DNA of 45,849 nt, counting the filler, from Jimgerdemannia flammicorona (lineage: Eukaryota): NCBI GenBank assembly GCA_003990765.1. It is 2 parts of 2 records of this genome, joined end to end, with 100 filler letters (N's around TTAATTAATTAA, not from the genome) between each part and the next. Parts side by side here need not be neighbours in the genome. Positions count along the whole stretch, not along the records: positions 22,979 to 45,849 come from RBNJ01001191.1; 1 more part is not named here. One strand, 5' to 3'. The translations under genes and the position numbers were made by a program. Positions 36,990-45,849 of the stretch are shown here, in pieces. A model generated the notes under the pieces. That model saw only the letters and a program-made list of their open reading frames with translations, was not told where the DNA came from and did no database searches. Numbering within the stretch: position 1 is the first letter of the stretch; every line of letters begins with the position of its first letter.

Positions 36990-39900
36990 ACAGTGAACCA
37001 ACCCCCTATGCAATCCCCCTAGGGGGGCCCCCCACCCCTACCCCTTCTCGACAAAAGACTACTTTGTCAAATACAATCTCCATCCTCCCACCACTCTGTT
37101 CACAGATCCTTGCTACCAAACCTCAATGTCGCCTCACTGAAGGACCCCCAACCTATCCACCATCCAGTCATCAGATCCCCCAACAGCTCCTCCCACCTTA
37201 AAACCTTCTCCTGCAGTCCTATCTGCCATCTCTCCTCAAATACAAAAAGCCAATGACCTGTCAATCTCACCCAAACTGCTAACACCCACCTGACAGTGAG
37301 CCAACTATCACCCACCCCCCTCACTAGCTGAGATCTCAATTCTTCCCAGCAGTTCCCCTCACCTGCCAGTATTTGCTCCACACCCAGTCTATTCCCTATT
37401 TCTATCCAAAAGTCTCCCAAAACCTCACACTCTACCAGCCAATGTTCCAGCATCTGCACAAAACCCCCAGCTTGCCCTACATTGTAACACTCCTCACAAT
37501 CGAAACAGCCACCATCCACCAGATGCCCAGTGCAGAAATTTAGTATGACATTTCTCTGCAGTATTCGCCACCACACCACCCAAAACTTGGGAGGAAGCCA
37601 TTGCTATACCTCAGTACTCCAAGACCAGATACCTGCCCAGTCCCACTCCTCGCCAATCCCTACCACCTGCCAACTGCTCTGCCAAAGATCCCAGCCAAGA
37701 CTCTGCTGACACTCCACTCTATCCCCAATATCAAAATCAGCAAGTGGGGCACCCCCCAGGAGCAGTCTATCCCATCGCCACATACTAGGTCCCCACAACA
37801 CCTCCCCCTCATTGCCTTGTCAGTGCAGACCAATTCTGTGTGCTCTATCGACCACTCCCCACCAAAAGCCCCTAAACCACAGCCACCAATTTCCATTGAG
37901 CCCTACCAAAGAGAGTAGATCTCCTGAGAACCCTTCGGGGGAGGTTCTCATCTTCCACACCTTCTGCAGCAGAGGCACCCAATCCCCTCCTTGCAGTTCA
38001 GCTGCCCTCTTCAACCACCAGGCTCACAAGCAGTACAACCTCTTAGGGAAATCTATAAGGCCAAGACCTCCCCTGACCACCAGTGTCACAAGAGTATCCC
38101 AACTGATCTGGAACCTCCTCCCTGTCCAAATCCAATCCCTAGCCACCTTCATCAGCCTCTCCACTACCCAAGCTGGGAAGTTTAGGTGGTAGGCCACATA
38201 CCACAGCTTGGGGAATCAGTATACATTCAGAATTGACACCTGCCCTACTAGAGAGATATGGCAGCCTCCCCAACCTCAAAGGACCTCCCCCCAAATAGCC
38301 ACCCTGCTCTCCCACCACACTCGTGGCAAGACAGAGCCATATACAGAGAGGAAGATGCCCAGATACTGTACCACCTCAACAGTAGGGACAATTGTTCCAA
38401 TGACATCCCCACCCATCAGCCCATTCCCTAGCACTATAGTCACACACTTATGCCAGTTGAGCTTTGCCCCAGAGTGATCCTCATACCATTCCACTGTCTC
38501 CTTAAGTGCCTCGACATCTGCCACAGACCCAAGTCCAACCACCATATCATCCACAAAGGCTCCCACCTTCCACACTATTCCATAAATAGAGAGCTCTACC
38601 ACTTTCCAGTGAATCCTATCCATCAATGGTTCTAATGAAAGGGCATAAAGCATAGGGGACAGGGGGTCCCCCTGAGGAACTCCTCTTCTCAAGATAAATG
38701 CCAGACCACAGTGACCATTACACATCAGTGCTGCCCGACTGCCTTCTAGCAGATTCAACATAGAAGCCCAAAATCCTGGGGGAACACCAATACGATCCCA
38801 CACCTTGCTCAGCCAAACCTACTGGACCTGGTCATAGGCCTTCTTCTGGTCCAAGAAGACCAATCTTCCATCCAGTCCACAAGCCCAGGCCCCTTCAATG
38901 ACACCATGCACTCATGCAGTCCCATCTCTTATAAGTCTGCCTCCAACAAAGCCCCACTGCTCCTCCCCAAGCACCTGTTGGGCAACCTTCTGCAGCATTG
39001 CAACAACCACCTTAGTTACCATCTTTCTGTCCATATCCAGAAGCATGATCAGTTACCAGTTCTTCAAGTCTTTCCTCCTCCCCTTATCTTTGTACAATAA
39101 AGCCACCAGCCCAAGGTCCTGCTCTCCAAATCACTCACCACTCAGAAGAACATGGTCACAGAGAGCAGTCATCTCACCCAAAATGCTGGAGACCTTTATC
39201 ATCTTCTTCCAGAAGTCCCACAGTAATCTATCCTCTCCTAGTGCTGTTCCAGGTTTCATTGCTGCAAGGACACTCTGGACCTCCTTGCCTTGCACCGGCA
39301 AGGCCAAGTCACCCAGTCCAGCCACTTGTAGTGGCCTCCATTCTCCTAATGTATCTTCAATAGCTGCCTCATCAGCACCCCCTTCTTTCTCACTCCACAA
39401 ACCCTGCCATCTCTCTTTCAAAACCCTTAAGATTTGTTGTATGTCATGTACCAGGTCCCCATTGGCATCTAGGACTCCATCCCACTGATGTCACACCCTC
39501 CTAGCTTTAAGCAGACATGATAAATATCTAGTAGACCACACATCCTCCTCAAGCCCCTGCCACCTTAGCCAAGCAGCCATACCTTGCATATGCATCTCCT
39601 CCTCTTCTCTCAACACCTGTTACAGTTCCATTATCTCCAATTTAACCCATGCTAACCTCCAATCCTCCACCCCATCAGAAGTAAGCAAATCTGCCCAATC
39701 TATTTGCAATCTCCCCAACCTGTTGGAAGCACACCCCCTGCACTTCCTCCTCTGTCTCCCAGCTTCTCTCCCAGCCCCTCCCCAATAGACCTTCGCAGCC
39801 TCTTTCAATCTCATCCAACGGACACCCACTGACAAACCCTCACACCTCCAGCAAGAAACTTTTGCCTGAATGTCCTCCACCCACAAATCCCACAACTCCT

Positions 39901-40667
39901 TCTCAGCCAGCAGAGAGGAGTTAAGATGCCAATGTCCAGGTCCATCTCCACTCCCCCCAAACTGCCCCTGTCCCAACAGTCCCCAGTGATCAGATTATGG
40001 GCACCACTCTACCTCCAATGCCTTCCAAACATTGGACCCCCAGCATTCTGCCATCAGAATCCAGTCAATCCTTGTACCTAAGCCATTCACCCAATGCATG
40101 TAGACCCTAGTGTTGCCCCATCATGTTCTGCCTATATCTCCTGAGAAGCTCAGCCACTCCACCTCCTCCCATACATCCAGACCTCCACTTCTCCCTCCTG
40201 CACTCATCCCACCATCAGTTCTGTACAGATGCTGATCCCAAACCATATTAAAGTCCCCCCCCAAGTACATCAACCCCTTCCTCTAAGAGAATACCCTCCT
40301 CCAGCAGCTCCTTAATCCATGTAATCCTCTCACCCCCAACTGCAGGGCAGTAGCAAGAGCCAACCCTCACCAACTCCCACCCTGGCCGATGCCAATCTCC
40401 CCAGACCAAGCGATCACCCCAGCTCCCAATACCCCCCAAGTCTTCTCTACCCTTTCTCACTAGAATCACCACTTTTCCAAACCAAGCAGTAGCCCCACCC
40501 CATTCCTTAGTCCACTCTACCTGATCATCCTCGTCCTCACACTGAACATTCTGCAGTAAAAAGAGATCAGCCTCCAATCCCTTGAGCCAAGTAAAAATGT
40601 TCTTATGCCACCCAGATCCCCTTAGCCCATTTACATTCAAAGAGAAAATGTTGGTTGTACTGTTCAT
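36990..40667 (-). pseudogene. LINE ORF2: APE endonuclease, reverse transcriptase, C-terminal Cys region
   Basis: IFSLNVNGLRG, WHLNSSLL, LVFLDQKKAYDQV, RRGVPQGDPLSPMLY, AFVDDM, QYLGI; several frameshifts and stops. Confidence 0.95.
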
Positions 40668-40697
40668 AAGAAAAATGTTGTATTGTGATCCCACCTT

Positions 40698-42734
40698 CTA
40701 CAATTCCACATCCCACTCCTCCTGCAATAAATCTAAGTCATGTTTAGCAGCTAGTTCCCTTTCACCAGCTTTCTGTACCTCCAACCCTCTCAGAAGTTCT
40801 ACCATCACCCCATCTTCTCACTCCTCGAAGTCCTCATGATATTCCAGACAGGCCTCCTGCCAGAGCCACAAACCATGCCACTCTGCCCAACAGTATGCTG
40901 CCTGCTCACCAGCAACCACTGCCAACTTGGCCTTCCTCACCTCATCATCCTCATATCCCTCCTCCTTCAGGAAAATCGAAAGAATCTCCCCCTTCAGTAT
41001 CTCCACCACCCCCTTGTCATGCAAAATCTGTGCCCAATGCTCCTTAGGCATAACCCACAGGTCCACTTCCCCCAAAGTCTCAGCTGTGAGGTTATCCATC
41101 ATCTTACTCATCCACAGCAAGTTCCACACCTCCTTCCCTCCTGGAGTCCCTGGCCATCCTATGACTAGCATCATGGTATCAGCCCCTACACTGGTAGCCT
41201 CATCCCACTCCTCCTCCAGGACATCCACCGGCTCATCCTTGCCAATCACCACCACCTGACCCCCTTTTTCCACATCAGGGACCCCAAAGTGCACTTGCTG
41301 GGCCCCCTTTATTGGTATATTCTCTGTTGTCCATCTCTTCCCAGCTGGGTCCCTCTTGATAAGAGGGGGGGGGATAGCATCCAGCTCCTGCTCCCAGACC
41401 TCAAAAATTCCATCAGTATAGAGGTCCTTGCTCAGCATCTTCTCAGCTTCTTCCTTGCCTGCCTCCACCTCCCCAACCACTTTACTTGCCCAAATACTAG
41501 CTTCAATGCCACCAGATATTTCAGCTCCAACTGTCTTCTTTGTTGCCTCTACTTTCATACTCACCAGTAGCTCTCGCTGCCTCCTATGCCCCTGTGCCAG
41601 CTCCCACTGCTTCCTGTCAGTGCGGACGTGCTTTCCATCTATAACCTCCAGATGCATTGACTCCTCATACATCTTCCAGGCCCTTGCCCTCCTCTCTACA
41701 GCTCTACTCAACTTCTCCAGCACCTCCAACAAGTCCTCCTCCTCCTCCTCACTCCCCTTCACCCTTGATACCTTACAGATGAATGCCCCCCACATCAGTA
41801 CAGAAGGCCAGTCACTTGTCTTCCCCATGGCCTCCTTGCCCACCAGCCGAATCCTGACATCAATGTTGCCTATTCTGATCATTGTCCCCTCCCACACCTG
41901 AAAGCTGATGTCCACCATATCACCATACCCAATCATCACCTCCTCCACCCTCCTCCTAGTCTCCTCCTTAGTCACCATGGGCACCCCCCTCACCAGAAGC
42001 TACATCACCCTGGGGTCCCATCGCAAGCACTGCACCATGGGGACCACCACCTCCCTAACTACAACTCCAGTCTTCAGTGCGTCGTCTAGTGGGCCTGCCT
42101 CCTCAAAGCCCACCTCGACCCCCTCCAGATTCTTCAAGAACTTCACTGAGGCTGCCCCAGCCACCTGCTTTAAAATAAGCCCCAGAACCATCCTCGCCAT
42201 CACCACCAAGCCATGGAAGCACAAGGTCGCCATGAACTCCAAAATTGACTTCTTGAGCAATGGGGCCACTGCCAGTCCCATTATACCATCCATCAGGTCC
42301 CCCTTCCTCATCGGGAACCCCTGTCCCCCCTGACCATCAGCTCTCACATCTCTTTTTTTTTCCTTCTGATTCACCATCACACCACCATCAGCAGTCCCAC
42401 CACTACCCCCAGCAGCTACTCCACCTCCACCACTTCCTACTGCTGAAGTCCCAGCTCCCCTAGCACTTCCAACCATCTTCTTCCCCTTCCCTCCTGTCTG
42501 TCCACTGTGATCTCCAACTGGCCAACCTCCTGACCTCAGTGTATCTACAAAGCTCCTCCTCTGCTGCCCTCCAGCCCCCCCACCAGTATCACTTCCACTA
42601 TCCAAGCTGTCCTGCTCACCTGGGTCACCAAAAGACCTCATCCCCAGTCCATACCCTCTCCTGACATGCTGTCAGTTAAAGGTCCCAGGTCCACCTGACC
42701 TAGTACACATGTCAGCTTGCTTGCTGGTTGACAT
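40698..42734 (-). pseudogene. LINE ORF1 (Gly-rich N-terminus, RRM-like region)
   Basis: ATG at 42734 is in frame with ORFs 42000..42641 and 40818..41993, upstream of ORF2. Confidence 0.8.
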
Positions 42735-42911
42735 TGTCTTAATATCTTTCTTCAATAAATGACTTGAAAGTGTGTTATAAAAGTGTGTGTAACATGAATT
42801 ATAGCAGAGAAAGATGGGTCAGCACTGATGTTTGTACAGGTTCAGGATGCTGGTATAATTCAGTGTTATATTAAAATGCCAGTGCTGGTATTATCTAGTA
42901 TAACAAGAAAC

Positions 42912-43713
42912 TTAGAGCAGAAAGTTCAGGACTATCAGGGCTTCATCCTCATCATCAGAGGTCAGGATATCTTCAAGGGAGATGAGGTCCATGAATTCAT
43001 CTTCATGCATTTTATGTGCTTTGATGATGCATGGGATGACATCATTGTTGATGATATCATCATGTTTGGTGGTGGGCTCTCTAATCTATGAGGTTCTCTT
43101 CTACAAAATAAGAGACAAATGTGGGTTCTTGGGGAGGTCTAACCTGGATGCTCAGGCCTTAGAATACTGAGATCAATCCTTGCAGGAATTGGTCTGGATT
43201 GTCCTGAAGGATTGAATGCCAGAAGTCTTCTACTTTATCACTATTGAGAGTGATAGTGGACTGGGCTTCTGTAGCCACTCTGGCTTCTAGTGCATTGATA
43301 CAGCAGAATGACAGGTCTCTGAAATCTGAGACTCAAACATACTCCAAGTTGGGGATTGATCATGGTGTATGTCTGAAGATCTGATAGATCTTCTTAGCTG
43401 TCCTCATTTTGCATATATCCATGGGAGTGGTATCTTGTAGCTCTTGAGTGCTGTTCTGTGGGAACTTCTGGTAGAGGAGATTTCCTATTTCATACTCCTG
43501 CCACATTTAGAGGCATTCAGTAGCAATAGTGATCCTTGTTTCCATTTCATGGTAGTAGAGGATATTGTGATAAGGGTCATCAGTACCGAGGTTGATACTA
43601 GGAGTCTTTCTTGAGCAGGTCCTCATGGCTCTTCTGATGTCTTGGAACATCCTTTCTTTGACTGAGATGCCTTGGTGGTTCCTTGACCATGAGGTTTGGC
43701 AAGTAGCAGGCAT
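42912..43713 (-). pseudogene. LTR-encoded (U3) ORF in the Gypsy 3' LTR, decayed
   Basis: MPATCQTS...MFQDIRRAM...ATECL*MWQEYEIGNLL...AKKIYQIFRHTP*SIPNLEYV*VSDFRDLS...LEARVA with an acidic tail; aligns with the LTR2 ORF. Confidence 0.8.
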
Positions 43714-43954
43714 TTTATTTATGGTAAGTCTTTGAGCTATTTTGGGATTGATGGGTCTTGTTGATTGCTGCTACTGTAGTTCCTTGATCCTTCTTTTATA
43801 TTTCTCAAGATACCATACTGTGGACACAATGACTCACAGTTGGTCATTATTGCTCATCTCATATGCCATATAATCTACTTGTACTTCCATCTGGTGACTT
43901 GTAAGAAAAGGCTGTCTCCTGTGCTAATGTCATCATTCTGGAGTCACTGTTACA

Positions 43955-43964
43955 TCTTTCTCCT
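43955..43964 (-). other. Polypurine tract
   Basis: AGGAGAAAGA directly before TGTAAC on the minus strand. Confidence 0.75.
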
Positions 43965-44149
43965 GAATAAGGATCTTCTCAAGCATCCTTATTCATTAGT
44001 CCAGTCCTGAAAAATTTGCTGATCCTATAACCTCTGGCAAGTGGTCAAAAAGTGGTGTTAATGGGCTAGTATCTTCCCTTTGTATTTTGGCATAATGGTG
44101 AAGAGTCGCTCCCTTCATATAGAGCAAGGGCCTGATCTGATCTTGACTA

Positions 44150-45697
44150 ATCAGTTGACAGTTTGAACTCCTCTGACTTCAAAAGTCTCACAGATAAGTA
44201 GTTGCTGGTGCCATATCTCTTAGAGAATGGTCCAGATAGATAGCCTGCTGGTCACAGGACATGCTGTTATAATTCATGGACTAGAACCTCACAGGTGGTT
44301 ATCATGTTTTGCTTCTCTTGTATAGGTTCATGATACTTCTTGAGTCTGTTCCTATGTACTGTGGTAGGCAGTATGGTCCCTGAGATTTTTCTAAGCCAGA
44401 AGGTAGTAACCTTGATATCTTATACATAGAAGGGTCCTTCCCATTTGGGCTCCAGTTTTTGTGACCATGAGGCTTCTACCATATTTCAATACAGCAGTAC
44501 CTTTTCTCCAATTCAGATGGGTTCTAGGGTCTTGTAATTCTTTTCCACATTCTTCCTTATCAGTGCTTATGACTTAATGATGTAATCTTCAGCCTTCTTC
44601 CTGATTTGGTGTAGTCTCTGGATTTCTGCATCAACTTGTCTCCAAGTTAGGTCTAGATTTGTAGCTGAGGTTCCATCAGAATCTTCTTCTCTGAAGAGCA
44701 GTTCTCTTGGGGTAAAGTGGGTGCTCTGTAACTATATATCTCATAGGACAGAGAGGGCAGTTGGGAGATGGTTATCCCAATACTCATATGTCTCTGAGAT
44801 CTTTGCCATAATATTCTTGAGGGTCTTGTTGGTGCTTTCTATCTGTCCATTTCCTTGAGGATGGTATGTGGTGGTCTTGATTTACTGGATCTTGTATTTC
44901 TGATACATTATCTCATAGAATCCATTGACAAATTCTGTACCATGGTCTGTTGTGATTTGCCTTGGTATCTTGTAGTGGCAGATGATTTCTTGGTATAGGA
45001 AGTTGGCTATAGAGAGGGCATTGGCTTCTTGTAATGCTCCTGCCTCTATCTATTTGGTGAAGAGGTATACAATAACTATAATATAGTGGTTTCCTGATAG
45101 TGTTACTGGTAGTGGCTCAATAATATCTATTGTGATGTGGTGGAAGGAGATAGGCTCAATTCTTTATGATTCAGGTGCCTGGTCTTACTGATCTTGTTTC
45201 TGTTTTTGACACTTATCACACCCTTTGACAAATTGGCACAGGTCTTCTTCTATCTTAGGCCACCACATTGTTCTTCTGACTTTATTGTATGTGTTGTTTC
45301 CTCCTAGGTGTTCTTGCTCATGTACTTCCTTCATTACTTGATACTTCTTGTGTTCAGGTATTACTAGCTTTCCTTCTTTTCTGAGTGTAGTGTTGTCTAG
45401 TTCAAACTGTTTCTAAGTCCAGTTGATGATGGTGATTGTCCAGGGTTCAAGGTGGTTGGGCATCTTCAACAGCCCAAGATAGCTGATTAATCCATAGTAT
45501 AGCTCCTTATTCATGTTGAATAGTCTTGATGGGGGTGTTTCAGAGTATCCTTGAGATTGCATCAGCATTAGTGTTGGTTCTTCCAGAGTGGTGCTTGATA
45601 GTACAGTCATACTCTTGCAGTCTGTAGATCCATCTGGCATATATTCCTTTGGGGTTCAGAGTGTGGAATAGTCAGGTGAGAGTGGAATGATCTGTTT

Positions 45698-45699
<2 letters not shown>
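44150..45699 (-). pseudogene. Ty3/Gypsy pol, integrase region
   Basis: HEQEHLGG...WWPKI...CDKCQ (HHCC); ITIDIIEPLP; ITTDHGTEF; TTYHPQGNGQIE; KLEPKWEGPF. Confidence 0.95.
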
Positions 45700-45739
<40 letters not shown>

Positions 45740-45849
45740 GTCTCTTGGACTGCCCTTTATTACCGAATCTATAGTGTTTACAATATAAGTCACCCACCCA
45801 TTCAACCAATGCCCCGGGGGCCCAACCCCCCTCCTTCTTTCTTTCTCTT
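45700..45849 (-). mobile_element. 3' end of another copy of the L1/Tx1-like family, inserted in Gypsy pol
   Basis: Poly(T) then atagtctcttggactgccctttatta, matching atagtcacttggactcttcctttatta at 36941. Confidence 0.88.

Larger units (their letters stand above)
36899..42817 (-). mobile_element. Full-length L1/Tx1-like LINE, decayed
   Basis: Poly(A) at 36899-36940; 13-bp TSD gtc(g/a)gcactgatg at 36886-36898 and 42818-42830; ORF1 and ORF2 present. Confidence 0.93.
36647..43954 (-). mobile_element. Ty3/Gypsy 3' LTR (LTR3, ~1.4 kb) split by the LINE insertion
   Basis: Starts TGTAAC at 43954 immediately after the PPT. Resumes at 36898 with TATAAATA at 36781-36788 and AATAAA at 36756-36761; likely ends GTCACA at 36647. 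Confidence 0.78.

Noticed and set aside
40836..42463. + strand ORFs within the LINE
   Set aside because: They are antisense shadows of ORF1 in C-rich sequence.

Overview
This is eukaryotic DNA, most likely fungal: it has short GT-AG introns, CpG-retaining host genes and CpG/CpA-depleted repeats. A Mucoromycota-type, TE-rich genome is my inference. An N-padded TTAATTAATTAA linker at ~22.9 kb splits the window. Left part (1-22878), a transposon nest: two hAT families each in two copies, a decayed DIRS-like element, two ~2.1-2.3 kb solo LTRs and a LINE fragment. Middle (23-35 kb), host genes: DUF952, a multi-exon SAM methyltransferase, an orphan ORF, HSP20 and a decayed CHAT-protease/NB-ARC (NLR-like) gene. 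Right part (35.4 kb to end): a Ty3/Gypsy integrase and 3' LTR interrupted by a full-length L1/Tx1-like LINE with a TSD, plus further LINE ends. Two candidate systems stand out. (1) Three divergent LTRs each carry a homologous ~270-330 aa ORF inside U3, upstream of the TATA box and poly(A) signal. (2) A hAT transposon carries a multi-exon TET/JBP-like 2OG-Fe(II) dioxygenase gene, and the linkage is seen twice. All family assignments come from manual translation and motif recognition; no searches were run.
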